A stretch of 64,000 bases of DNA from Amoebophrya sp. A120. Its lineage: Eukaryota; Protista; Dinoflagellata. Below, in pieces: positions 38,886 to 51,800 of the stretch. Every line of letters starts with the position of its first letter. Positions within the stretch are counted from its first letter, which is position 1. A program made the position numbers and the translations under genes. The notes beneath the pieces were generated by a model that was not told the origin of the DNA, made no database searches, and worked only from the letters and a program-made list of their open reading frames with translations. Location: the NCBI GenBank assembly GCA_905178155.1, contig CAJINV010000004.1:10895655-10959654 (forward strand), written 5' to 3'.

Positions 38886-39846
38886 AGAAAAATTAAAAAT
38901 AAAAAAAACAAAAAAGAACAAAACAAAAAACAGAAAAAAAAAAAAAAAAAAAAAAGAAACAAAAAAAAAAAGAAAACATAAAAAAAACAAGCAAAAAAGA
39001 AAGAAACAAAAAAAAAAAAAACAAAAAAAATAAAAAAAAAAAAAAAAAAAACAAAAAAGAAAAGAAAAGAAGAGAAAACAAAAAAAACCGAAAAAAAGAC
39101 AGATAAAAGAAATGAAAAATAATACAAAAGAAAAAAAAAAGAAAAAAAAAAAAAAACCAAAACAGAAAAAAAGAAAAAAAAAGAGAAAAAAAAAAAAAAG
39201 AAAAACGAAGAAAAAAAAAAAAAGAAAAAAAAGAAAACAAAAAAAAAAAAAAAAGAAAAAAAAAAAAAGACAAAAGCAAAAAAAACAAAAACAAAAACAG
39301 CACAAAAAAAAGAAACAACGAAAAAAAAAAAAGAAGAACAAAGAAACCAAGAAACAGAAGAAAGAAAAACCGAAAAAAAAAAAAAGAAACAATAAAAGAA
39401 AAAAAAAGAAGCAAAAAAAAACAACGCAGTAGAAAAAAAAGAAAACGACATAAAAACAAAAAAAAACGAAAAAAAAAAAAAAGTAGCAAAAGAAGGAAAA
39501 AAAAATAACAAAAAAAAAAACATAATAAAAAAAAAAAAAAAGAAAAAAAAAAAAAAAACAACAAAAAAAACAAAAAATAAAAAACAAAAAAAAAAAAAAA
39601 AAAAGATTAAAATTAAAAAAAAAAAAAAAAAAAAAAAAGACAAAAAAAAGCAAAACGAAAAAACAGAAGCCAAAAAAGGAAAAACAAAAGAAAACAAAAA
39701 AAATACAATAAAAAAAGAAAAAAAAACGAAAACTAAATAAAAAAAACAAAAAATAAAAAACACAAAAGGAAAGACAAAAAAGAAAGAAAAGCAAAAAAAA
39801 AAAAAAAAAAAAAAGAAAGAAAAAAAAAAAAAAAAAAAAAAAAACA

Positions 39847-39878
<32 letters not shown>

Positions 39879-40026
39879 AAACAAAAAAAAAAATAAGCAA
39901 AAAAAAAAGAAAACAAAAAAAAAAAAAAACAAAACATATTCACAAAAAAAAAGAAAAAAAAAATAAAAAAAAAAAAAAACAAAAAAAGAAAGAAAAAGAA
40001 AATAAAGAAAGCGAAAAAAAAAAAAG
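35141..40026. repeat. ~4.9-kb aperiodic A-rich low-complexity tract, probably a long-read or assembly artefact
   Basis: Almost pure A runs with scattered C/G/T, no repeat unit, abrupt edges. It replaces the expected upstream exon of the next gene. Confidence 0.75.
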
Positions 40027-40291
40027 TATCAAATGTAAAAATGTCTGGGTCTGGAAGAATCCAACTTGTCATGCTGATTTTGGATTCTAAAAAAATCTGT
40101 ATTGCGTGAGCAGCAAAGAGAGTCCAAGTTTTGCTACACGGAAAGAGCATTTGTCATGCGGTATAGGCATCAGGAAGCCCTCACAAAATCTGTGATGCTA
40201 GGGCATGCATCACAGACATCAGGAGTCATGCAAAATGTGCATGACAAACCTGGCAATCTTCTTCCAGACCCAGACATTTTTACATTTGATA
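40027..40291. mobile_element. TIR introner/MITE, family A copy 2 (265 bp, inverted relative to copy 1)
   Basis: TATCAAATGTAAAAATGTCTGGGTCTGGAAGA...TCTTCCAGACCCAGACATTTTTACATTTGATA. Right flank ACAAG, left flank AAAAG at the edge of the A tract. Confidence 0.9.
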
Positions 40292-40296
40292 ACAAG

Positions 40297-43200
40297 TTCC
40301 CGACAGCAAGAAGCCGCAGAAGCGGTCGCAGTACGGCATCAACCCCGACCACGACTACAAAATGCAGCCGCTGAAGCCGAGACACGAAGAGGTCTACATC
40401 AACGGGGTTCGAATCCCGAAGAGGAAGTTCGACGAGACCTTCGTGTTTGCGGAGAAGGTTTTGAAGCGCAACGAACCTTTGACCTTCCCCTTCCGCGGCC
40501 TCGCCTGCGTGTGCGGGAAGCGCCGGACGGAGACTTCAAGGCAAAAAACCGTGATGGCGGGGGTCGAAGCGGCGCTCGCTCTGCGCCGGAAGGCGGGCGG
40601 TTTGACCGTGTCGGGTTTGGGCGCGATGACGAATTTGCTATCCACTAAGGGGTTTGAGTCGCTGCAGAACAGCGGGTTGCTCCAGGCGAAGGGCATGGGC
40701 ACGTTCGGGACGTTTGATCCGACGGATTTACCGCCGTTGGACACGAACGAGATGAACCAGCCGCACATGCCGGGACGCATGCTGAACACGCAGCACAACC
40801 TGCTTTCCCTGTACAAGAACCGGCTGATGCGGGGCGAGGATTTTGACCGCAAAATCGTGGACGACGACAACCATCTCCGCGACATCGAGGTGGAGATCAT
40901 GAAGCGCAAGCGGGCCGAGGACCCCGAGGAGGTCGAGCGGGTCCAGCGGGACGCGGAGCGCGCCGACCGCCGGTTGAAGCGGGAAGAGAGACGGCGGTTG
41001 CGCCGGGACCGCCGGGAAGGGCGCAGACAGGAGCGGATCTTGCTGGGGCAGAACCCGGACGACATCAGCAGCGACAGCAGCTCGTCCAGTTCGAGCAGTT
41101 CGTCCCGGTCCTCCCGGTCCGGGTCCTCCCGTTCGCGCGGGCGGCAGCGCGACAAGTCCGAAGACCGCGACGCGCCGTGGGACCCGATCGAACGCATGCG
41201 CCGAATGAAGATCGCGGACGAGATCAAGCGAAAGCAGGAGGAGGAGCGGGAGCGGAAGCACCTGGAAGACTTGGAGAAGTTGGAAAAGGCACTGCAACTG
41301 GAAGCGGACAGGAAGGGCATCACGGTGGACGAACTGCGCGTGTTGCAGGCGGAGGAAGCGGAGCGCGAGGAGCAGGAAAAGGCGGAGCGCTTGAAGAAGG
41401 AGGCGGAGGAGCAGGAGAAGCGCCGCCAGGCGATCTGCGCGGAGAAGGGCTGGGACATGCAGGAACTGCTGGAACGCGAGATTCTTGCCGCGGAGAACAA
41501 CTTGACCTTGGATCAACTGGAGCTTGCCATGAAGAAGGCGAGCTTCTGGAAGAAGAACAAAATACCCGACTGGTTTTTGACGGGGGACGATATGGAGGAC
41601 GACATTAGCAAATCTTCCCGGTCGGGCTCGCGCAGCCGATCCCGGTCCAGCAGCCGGTCCCGCTCTCGCTCTCGCAGCCGGTCTCGGTCCCGCAGTCGCC
41701 GCAGTAACTCCGGTTCATCTCGTTCCCGGCGTGGTGGTCGCGGGGGCAGCAAGAGCAAGACCTCGCTGTCCCGGGGCAGGAATAAGGAGCGGTCGAAGAA
41801 GCGGGCTCCGTACAACCCGCGGCGCGCGATGGATGCTGACGACGACGACGGCCCGGTGACCACGCTGGACCGCGAACAGGCCCAGCGGCTGAAGGGCAAG
41901 GGCAAGAAGGGAGGGAAAGGTAGTGGTAAGGGGAAAGGCAAGGGAGGCTTCGACCCGTTGACCGGTCTCGCGGTGGAAGAGGAGGAGGAAGACATGCACT
42001 TCCCCGGGTGGAACGTCGTGGAAGAGGACGTGGAGCGCGGCAAGAGTCTGATGCCGACCGTTGCGGGGATTCTCGGCAAAGACAAAGTTGCTGCGGAGGA
42101 GGACGGACCGTTAGGTGGTGTGCTGGACACGATGGCCGCTCCCGAGCAAGACTCGGTCGCCGGCTTCCTCGGCGGCGCGAAAAAGCGGCGTGGCAACCGC
42201 CCGGCCCGGCCGGACGAGATGCCGATCCCGGGCAACAAGGCGGCGGACTTGCGGGCGAAGAAGAATCCGAACTGGTTTGAGGAGAAGGGCGAAGGTGCCG
42301 AAGAGTTTCTGCAGGCCGCTGCGAATAAAGCGCGGGAAGAGTTTTTGAAGAAGGCTTTGAACTCTCTGAAGAAGGGTCAATCGCTCGAGTCCATCGACTT
42401 TGCCACGTTGATGAAGGAGGAGATGGACGCCGACGTGGACGGGGAGGACCAGCAGGAGAGCATGACGAAGCAGGGAAAGCGGGTCGTGTTCGGCGTGCAG
42501 AAGTCCACGAACTACCAGTACCAGGCGCAGCGGCAGGCGGGCACGAACGCGGGGACGACCACGAACCAGAAGCCGGTCGTGGGTGCGGGCATGAACACGC
42601 AATTTGCGCAGATCCAGGAGCAAGCGCGAATCGCGAAGGACGAGGCCACTTTGCGCACCATGGAGCAGATGCAGACGTTGCAGTCGATGGGCGGGTCGCT
42701 GATGGCGGGCGAAACGCCCGAGGAGGCGTTGATGCGACAGCAGATCGAAACCCACCTCCAGGGCGCGGGCGGCGGCATGGCGGCTCCGCGCATGGGCGAA
42801 GCGGTGCCTCTCACCGGTGGTGCGCAACTCGTGATGGCGCCGGCCCAGCCGAACCACCAGATGACGCTGGTGGACCCCCGGGCGGAAAAGAAGCGGCAGA
42901 AGAAGGAACAGAAGAAGAAGAAGCAGCTGGCCACGGCGTTGCAGAACTTGGACGCGGGAGACACTTTGGAATTGGACACTCTGACGCTGGAAAACATGGA
43001 TGAAGAAACGAAAAAGTTGATGACGAGCGATCTGGTTATCACCTCCACCGGTTCCGGGTGGATGTTGAAAAAGGTCGGGGACAAGGTCGTCAACCCGAAC
43101 GCCGGGAAAAAGAAAAACAAGATTACCACCGAGGCGCAGCAGGCCGCGGCCGACGAGATGGCCGAGCAGCAAGAACCCGCGCCGGTGATCGACCGGAACG

Positions 43201-46053
43201 AGATCACGTTGGACGACATCACCGACGACAAGATTGCGGCCTTGGAAGCGGAACAGAAAACCAAAATCGTGTCTTTGGACGATCGTCTGCGCGCGATGGA
43301 CGCCCTGCGCGAGCAGCAGCAACAGTTGAAGGACCGGCGAAAGCAGGAGCGCGCCGACCAGGGCTTGCCGCCAATCGAGGAGGGGAACGAGGAGGACGAG
43401 CTTGAAGGAGATGATGATGGCACAGGGGCGAATAAAGCCCCGGGCCTCGAACCCATGGTTGGCTATGGGCAGGAGCAGGGCCCCAGCATCCCCGCGGCCT
43501 TCGACAAATCCGGCGGGATCACGAAGAAGCGCAAGAACGAGGCTACCAACGAGAAGGAGGTGAACCTGGGGTCTATCTCCATCGTGGCGTACGGGCAGCA
43601 GGGCCCGCGGGACATGCTCAACGTCGAGGTCGACGAGGAGGGGAAAGTCACGACAAAAAAGAAGGACGATAAATCTAAAGCTGCTGTTCCTGCAAAAGAC
43701 GATGCGAACAAGGATGAGTTTGACGCTATGGTCTCCTCCAAGTTGGAGAAGGAACTCGCCGGGCAAACGAAGAAGGTCGGCCAGATCCTTCCCGGGTTCT
43801 TCGGCGGCAGCTCGAAGCAGAAGGAAGCTGCGACTCTGAAGCGCAAGTCGGACGAGGGGACGAGCGTCAGCGTCGGCGGCGCGGTGCCGAAAGCCGGGGG
43901 CAAGAAGCTGAAGATCACCACGGATGAGGACGAGGCGTTGCAGGAAGGAAAGAAGAAGAATTCCCTGAAGCGACAGAGCAACGACAACGTAGGTGATGAA
44001 ACCGCAACGAAGAAACCCTTCGGGTCGGTGCCGAAAGCGAAGGCACCAGTCAAGAAGGTGAAAAAGTTCACAATCGGGGGCGACGACAGCGGCAGTTCTT
44101 CGAGCAGCTCTTCCGACAGTTCCGATGACGACGAGTTCCACGACGCGAAGTCCAAGCCGTCCACCTCCCCGAAGGAGACGCCGGAGGAGGCGGAGCGCAA
44201 GCGGGCGGCGCGCGCGGCCCGAAAGGAGCGGGAGCGGCAGGAGAAGGTGCTGGCAAAGGCAGTGCCGAAGTCGGCGGCGGTTTCGGCGCAGCGCCCGGGC
44301 ACGGAAGGACAGGCGGTCGTGCAAAAGGATACTTATCAGCTGACGGACAACCAAAACACGGAGTCGTACGACCCGAACGAGGGCGAGGCTATGGACTACG
44401 TCCAGCAGCTGCAGATGCAAAACATGATGATGCAACAGTCTTACGCCTCCGTGATGCAATCCATCACCGACGAAGCCGCCGGACCGGGGGCGAACGGGCC
44501 GGTCCTGGGGCGGAAGATCTACAAGACCCGCATGTGTCGCTTCATGCACGAAAAGGGCTGGTGTCCGCACGGAGAAATCTGTACCTTCGCACACAACGTC
44601 GAGGAGCTGCCGCCATCGTACAAGAGGGAGCTGTGTCAGGCATTTCAGCTGCTCGGAACCTGTCAGCACGGAATCAACTGCAAATACGCACACGGTAAAT
44701 TATATGATTCTTGGATCTTTTCTTCATCTTCGAGCAATCGAATGATGCGATAGATAGATTGCCTCAGTACATCTTCATGTTGTACGTAGTACATAAGGAG
44801 AGCCAGCATTATTTGTTTTTGCATTTTCCCAGGAGCACACTAACATATAAGAATAACAAAAAAACAACAGGTGTCGCGGAACTCCGTGGTCAGCGTACGG
44901 CTGCTGGCGGCAAGTTCGTGGAGGACGACGACGAGAAGATCGTGTGCGAGGACGTTACCGGCTTTGGTTCCGGTGCGAACAACGTGCCGCTCGGGACCCC
45001 CACCTTTAGTGCCGACGCCGCGCCCCCACCGCCGCAGCGGCAGCAACCCCCACCAGCACCCGCGAAACCCCTGCCAAATATGCGCACCCTGACGGAGAGC
45101 TCCATTCCGGCGGAGAGCCACATTCCCGGGTTCAGCCAGACTATGCTGCAGGCATCTATGGCGCGGTCCCAACCCAAGGCCGCGGGTTTAAGAGAGAGAA
45201 TGGGCGGCGACGGGACGGCGAGTGCCGTGATGCGCGATGTCGATGACGAGGAAAGAAGAGACCATCGTCGAGGAGGAGATCGGGAAGAGAAGGGCCGAGA
45301 CGGCGGTGGGAGCCGAAACAAGGACGTATCAAAAGGAAAAATCCCCCCACCCCATATCGAAAACGTATCCGTCTGAAAATTTGTGATGCGCATTTGTGAC
45401 CTCAAATCCTGTCTGTCGTGCAAGAAGGCAAGTCCAGAAAGCCTTCCGCATTTTGCAGGCGGTTTGCCATGCTGTTTGGCTTAGAGCATACACGTTTGTC
45501 ATGCTAGGCGCCTACGTCAAAGCCTCTCGGCTGAGGCTTGGCATATGCCTGCACTCCTCTACTGCAATACAAATCTGATTTGTGTATGGAAATCCAGCAT
45601 CAGAAACTTCGTTTCGATATGGGGAGGGGGGATTTTTTCTTTTGATAGGACGGCTACTGGGACAAGAACGGCGAGTTTCAGTTCACTGGTGGAGGCAAGA
45701 AACGCGAGGAAAACCTATCAAATGTAAAAATGTCTGGGTCTGGAAGATTTCTAGATTTGTCATGCATATTTTCCATGACCCATGATGTCTGTGATGCATT
45801 TCGTAGCACTACAGACTCTTAGAGCGCTTTATGATACCTCTACCGCATGAAAAAAGAAATGCCTTCTCCGCGTAGCATAAACTGGAGCCCTCTTGCTAGT
45901 CATGCAATACAAATTTTTTCAGAATCCAGAGACAGCATCACAAGTTTAGAATGTTCCAGACCCAGACATATTTGCATTTGATACAACCGGGAGGACGACT
46001 ACCAGAGAAGTCGCCGGGAAGAACGCGAGAGGGAACGCGACTACGGGAGATAA
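40297..46053 (+). CDS. RS-rich tandem CCCH zinc-finger protein, paralogue 1 (5' end missing, >1,650 aa); exons <40297-44694, 44871-45326, 45653-45715, 45989-46053
   Basis: RSRSRS tracts and coiled-coil. YKTRMCRFMHEKGWCPHGEICTFAH and YKRELCQAFQLLGTCQHGINCKYAH (TIS11-type C-x8-C-x5-C-x3-H). GT-AG intron 44695-44870. Removing two TIR elements gives NKD-GYWDKNG...EEN-REDDY...RDYGR*. Confidence 0.85.
45327..45647. mobile_element. TIR introner/MITE, family B copy 2 (321 bp)
   Basis: TATCAAAAGGAAAAATCCCCCCACCCCATATCGAAA...TTTCGATATGGGGAGGGGGGATTTTTTCTTTTGATA. Direct repeat GGACG. Confidence 0.93.
45716..45983. mobile_element. TIR introner/MITE, family A copy 3 (268 bp, same orientation as copy 1)
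   Basis: TATCAAATGTAAAAATGTCTGGGTCTGGAA...TTCCAGACCCAGACATATTTGCATTTGATA. Direct repeat AAACC/CAACC. Confidence 0.9.
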
Positions 46054-48809
46054 GGAAATGGTATGGAAATATCATCATGGAGTTTATGGTCAACCTCAAC
46101 ATACTTACAACTACATCAACAACGTCTGTTCATCTTTTTCTTTGCATTCCTCGCTCTCTATCTAAGTCAAGAACCAGTATCCATGTCAAGCGTGGACGAT
46201 ATGCCAATCTGTATCTATGCCGATGGATCATGATTTTTATTTCGATTCGTTTGTCTAAGTTCAGTTGACAATTGAAATAAAAACAAAAACAGGTATCGCA
46301 CGACCAAACAAGTAGGGAATTGCATGATCGACATGGAGCTACTGGAATCACTACCGATACGATTGAGGTATCACAATTACAACCGCAACTTGTCGTGGAT
46401 CGTGATGTAGTTGATGCAATACTTCTTGCTAAGTTTTACGTGATCGACGACACATGAAACTTATTCTCAGTGTGATTGAGCAGATTCAGGAGGACAAATC
46501 AAACCTTAAGGTTAACCTAAGTATTATTCTACACTGAATTAAAGGTACAACTACAACCTCATGGCGACAGCACGGGGAGAAACGAAAAGGAACACTGAAA
46601 CCCGTTGTGGAAAAATCCGATTCTACCGATAACGATGTCATGCTCATGCCTATTAGTCGCGAAAAATTGATTGTCCACAAAACCGAATAGTAAATTTTTC
46701 ATTTTCGCAGAACAAAGACAAACATCATCGTCAACATCAACTTCAACAGAAAGCAAGTTTAAGTGTAGTTTATCTGAAGCATCTGAGTCGGTGGATCTTT
46801 GTCTTTCGACAAAGATGCTTCATCTTCTTGTGTCAAGAATACAGAATTGTATATTCTTCCCGATTGCAGTAAAAGCATTTATTTTCTGCAATCGAGTAAC
46901 CATACGTCAGCGACCAATTAATACGAAGATAGATGAAGCTGTTGCTGCCCCCGGCAGGTGCCACGAAGACAACAGTTTCGAAGAAAAAAATGTCATGGGC
47001 ATCACGACCAAAAAAAACATCCTTTGAACATCAGTTGGGCGCCACTGCCATGACTCTGGACTATTGCCAAAATAGTTTGCAGAAGCAGAAGAAGCTGATC
47101 GTATTCGATGATAGTGGAGCAAGATAGATGACCTTCATAATTTCACCGCTTAACTTCATCCAACTTGAGCCTCTTTCCTGATCTGTACCTATTTGAACCT
47201 GAATTTCACCGCTACAAACTGGCTACAGCTAGAAGACTTGTATTGTCTGACTGATGAAAATATCAATTTCATCTCAGATTTTTTGGAGATAATGCCTTTT
47301 GCTTCATCTCTTGGTATAGTTGTTTGGAAAAGAAAACACAAAAGCGAGCCCGGGTTTCGGCCTGGGCATCACCTGCGCCGATGCGTCGGTAGTTTTTTTT
47401 TCGCCCCTCTGCGAGAGTGTTCGAGAGCTTTTTTCCAAAATGGCTTTGATAAAACTTGATGCACGCGTGCGTCAGTCGTCAAAGCTTCCGCTGCGTTATG
47501 TTGTATTGGGGGGTCTCGGTGTCTTGGAATGCAGAAGGTCGCCTTGGAAAATCCATCAGCAAGAAACAGTGCGCGAGCTTGTACCGGACATTTTTTTTTC
47601 ATTTTTGAAACTGAGTAATTCGCCCTTTCTGCAGATGGAGCAAATTTTGCACCACGTAAAAATGCTCAAGACGCGCTGCACCCCACTTGATGAATCCTTT
47701 ATAGATCCTGCCGCAGGAGCAATTGTTGCCTTTTTGCAAGCGATCTAAAATATCATGCATGCAAACGTAGAAGAACCAACACCAAGCTGCAGTCATCTTG
47801 TAGTCTTGTCTTGTCTTCGGACGCTGCACTAAATCATCGCTTCCGTCGGATTGGAACTCGTCGCTTCTAAAAATGCGAAACGAGCGAATGTAAGCAGCTT
47901 AAGTCGCGACTTTGAGCATCGCATGAGGTTGCATTCTCCATCGAGTTTTCATCGAAAAGCAATTTCGCGAATTTTGCAGACATCGTATCTATACGTACTG
48001 ATCGAGTTCTTGCACAACCCATAGAAGTAAAACAAAAAGTCCACCACTCCATACCATAAATCACGAAATTTGCCACCTAAGCATGAAATTGAAAGTGAAT
48101 ACTTTCATCCACTGCGAAGCAGCAATATTTCACGTCTATGAAATTGAAAACCTATTAAGATGAAGTAGACACTGATGCATAATGACACCAGATGAGTACT
48201 ACGACGAAGTGCGACGAGAACAAAAAATGAATTTTGATCCTGTTCACCAAAACCTGATGCACGCAAAGGTCCTCAAAATGCGAACTCTTACCCCCTACTT
48301 CTCGGTATTACAACGCCAAATCTATTCCATACCCGCACCAGATTGATCGCTCTACTTCCATGCTACCCTGTCCAGACAATTTCCAGCAAAAAAAAATCGA
48401 CCATAGCTGCAGCGAAAAGACAAAAGCAACCTTGAGGACTACAACAAATTTGAACTGACGTCCAGCTACAACGAACTTTTTAGGCTCAACAAACTGATTC
48501 ATTTTTGTCTATCATAAACACGGATATAATCTCGTACCCGCTCCGAATTTGGCTTGCTTGTGTTTGCATTTGTCAGTTTCTCATCTTCGGATAGACATTG
48601 CTTTTGCCTTCTGGTGTAGGACCACGACTGCCTCCTGTCTGGAGAAATCGCAATCTTAGTTCTATTGCAAGAATCTCTACTTCTACCACCAGAAACGCAA
48701 AGGCAAAGTCTCCTTTGAACAGAACTGAACGACAAGCGCTGCATAAAGCATTCCAGGAATTGGGAGTGGTGTACGTAGTGTTTTCATTCCAATAAGACCG
48801 ATTTCGGCT

Positions 48810-51800
48810 ATGCCATGGAAAACTGCGGAGCATATTAACCACGAGGTGCCCCCCAGCAACATGCAGACGACAAAATCGAAATCGAATTCGCTCTCCCGGT
48901 CCCGCGGGCGGCGACGGTCCGGCAGTCGCAGCAGCAGCAGCTCCCGTTCGCGCGGTCGGGGCAAGAGCTCCTCCCGCAGTCGCGGCCGGACCCCGTCGCG
49001 CGATCGCGGCCGCCGGCAAGATAAAAGTCGCAGGGAAGATTCCCGTTCCCGCGGAAATCGTCGCCGGGATCAGGAGTCCCGGTCCCGCCGGAGAGAGGAC
49101 GAAGCTGCGCGAGGCGGAAATGCCAAGGGGGACAAGAAAGGCAAGGGTAAAAAGGGAAAGAAGCAAGGATACAGCAACGACAATGAGCAGGATCATGCAG
49201 CTCCCGGCTCCAAATTCGACCCTTTAGCCGGTCTCGGCGGCGACGATGAGCTCGAATTCGTGGACGGGAAGGACGCTCGCGGAAAGTCGAGGAAGCAGAA
49301 AGAAGAAGATGAGGAATACAACGATGAACGTGGCTGGAATACCGTCGCGGAACAGGACGAGCAGAACATCAAACCCGGTACGTCAGGAAGTGATGATCAA
49401 CCAGACGACACTGGCGCAGCGGAAAATAACGACGACAACGGCAGCACCAAATCGGCGGAGCAGCTTCTGAAGGACATCGCGAACAAGGCGCGGGAAGAGT
49501 TCCTGAAGCGCGCCTTGCAGGGCCAGTCCGTGGACTCGATCGACTTTGCGAGTCTGATGAAAAGCGCAGCGGCAGGAGGTGAACAAGGGGAGCAAGATGG
49601 GGATGACGAAGAACAAGACAGCAGTTCGCCAAAAGGACATCAGAATCAAAACCCGTCTTCTCCGCAAGGAATGAATTCATCGTCGGGAGGTATCAAGCTC
49701 AAGATCAAGCCCGCGGGTGCGAACACCGTTTTCACGAATTTACAGGAGCAAGCGAGACTCGCGCGCGAAGCCCAGGAGAAGATGAAGGAGGCGCAGGACG
49801 GGATGAATTATCGGCTCAGCGGCGAAACGGAGGAGCAGATGCAGATGCGGCTGCAAATCGAAGAGTTTCAGAAACAACAAAGGGAGCAGTACTTGGCAGC
49901 GAAAGCGGCAGCGGAGGCAGCAAAGGCCGAACAGGGCGAGGAGGAGGAGGCGGACGAGGTCGTCGTCGAGAGGATCAAAACGCCAGCGGAACTCGCGGCC
50001 GAGGCGGTCCGGAAAAAGCGCAAAAAGGAGATGAAGCGCCAAAAGCGCATCGCGTTGAATATACTAGGTTTAAAGCCCGGCGACTCCATCGAATTCGACA
50101 ACGCGAGCTGGAAGGGGTTGGCAGAGGCAACGAAAAAACTGATCACCGGCGACTTGGTCCTAACCTTCGCCGTCGGCGGCTGGGTCGTGAAGCGGATGGG
50201 AGAGCCAGAAGCTGCAGTAGAAGATGGTGATGGTGAAGACCAAGATGTTGACCAAGAGATGAAAGATAGCAGTGAACAACAAAATGAGCCCGTTCTTTCT
50301 ACTGGAGACGCTGAAGTAGAGGAGAAGGTGGACATCACCGAAGAAGATGGCACGACCACAAAAGCTGCCGCCGCAGAGAACGATGAGGAAGGTGAATCAG
50401 AAGAGACGAAAAAGGACGTCGTCGAGAAAAAAGCAAAAGCTCCCGCTCGCCCGACCGGCCCAAGACAGCTGAAAGTGACTGCGGCCGACGAGATCTCCTC
50501 TGACGAGGAGGAGGATGACACAGGGGTGGCCACGACCACTGGGACGAACAAGAACGACAAAACCACGAGCTTGAAACGGCCAAAGGAGGATGTCGATGTG
50601 GAACAAGACGAAGTTGAAGACAGCAACCAAGGTCCGGACTTCGAAGCCGCGAAGGAGTACGACGGCAGCCGTGAGGGGTACGTGTTCAAGACGGGAAAGA
50701 AGGGGCTGGGGTACTACCGAGACACGTTTGGAAAAATCGAGTCAAAACCGAAAAAAGACAAGCCGATGACGGAAGAAGAGGAAAAGGAACTAAAGAAAAA
50801 GAAATTAGCCGACGCCCTGACCAAATCCGGCGGTGCGATTTCCCGCGCGCCGGAGATTAACACCACCGGTGTGCTCGCCCGGCAGATGGAGCAGGAGGTG
50901 AAGGAAATGTATCCTATGTAAAAACGTACCCACACCATAGTTGTAATGCAAATCTGCATGCTGAAAATGTTTCTCATGCGGAGCCCCATGAGAAGCAGTT
51001 TCTAGTCGTGTTTTGCAATTTGTCATGCTCCAATCAGCATGGTATGCGAGGTCTGTGATGCTGCTGAGCTAGCTCAAACAGCACTACACTACGAATCCAA
51101 ATTTGTGATGCAAAACAGCCAAAACTTGTGGATTTGTCTAGCCGATTCCCCATCTTGACTATGGTGTGGGTACGTTTTTACTCAGGATAAAATGCAAAAC
51201 ATCTTCTACGACAAGGACGGCAAGCCGGTGCACATGTCGGACACGACTGGTACGCAACGGATCGATTTCGAGCAAGCGGGGTTGAATGTGGGGTCCGTGG
51301 TGATGGCGGATGGATACTCCCTCGCCGCGGTCGAACACGACGAGTACCGACCGACAGACCAGGTTGCGGACAGTTGGGCGACGCCTTTGGAACAGGAGAA
51401 GATGTACAACAAAACCAACTTTGACGAAAAGGGGCGGTTCCCGATAAACGTCGAAGCCAAGGCGAAGGTGGCCGCCACGCGGGTCCTGCGGAAGCCCAAG
51501 GCGCAGGCGTACGCGCTGGGCGAACGGATGGCGCTTGCGAAGGCGAACGCCAAGGCAGCGGCAGAGGCGGAAAAGGCAGCCCAGGAGGGAGAACAGGTTC
51601 CTGTGGACCAAAACAACGTCTATGTTGATCAGCAACGGCAAGGTCCTCCAGGTGGAGTCGTCGCTCAGGCCGAAGAGGGCGTTCCTGGAGAAGAAGATGG
51701 TGAACTAGAAGTAGAAGAGGTGGAGTCCAGTAGCTCGGAAGAGCGCAGCGACGACGACGAGGAGACGCGGAAGCGCAAGCGGAAGAAGGCCAAGAAAAAG

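Noticed and set aside
35246-40150. Poly-Phe and poly-Lys ORFs of up to 478 aa
   Set aside because: Trivial translations of the A-rich low-complexity tract.
42111-44693. 860-aa minus-strand ORF and other long antisense ORFs (10720-11730, 40394-41500, 56805-57857)
   Set aside because: Shadows of GC3-rich plus-strand coding exons with no domain-like content.
46054-48800. AT-rich 2.7-kb interval checked for an autonomous transposase or a large TAT...ATA element
   Set aside because: Only short ORFs, no DDE-like motif and no matching TIR/direct-repeat pair that I could see. No transposase for the elements is evident anywhere in the window.
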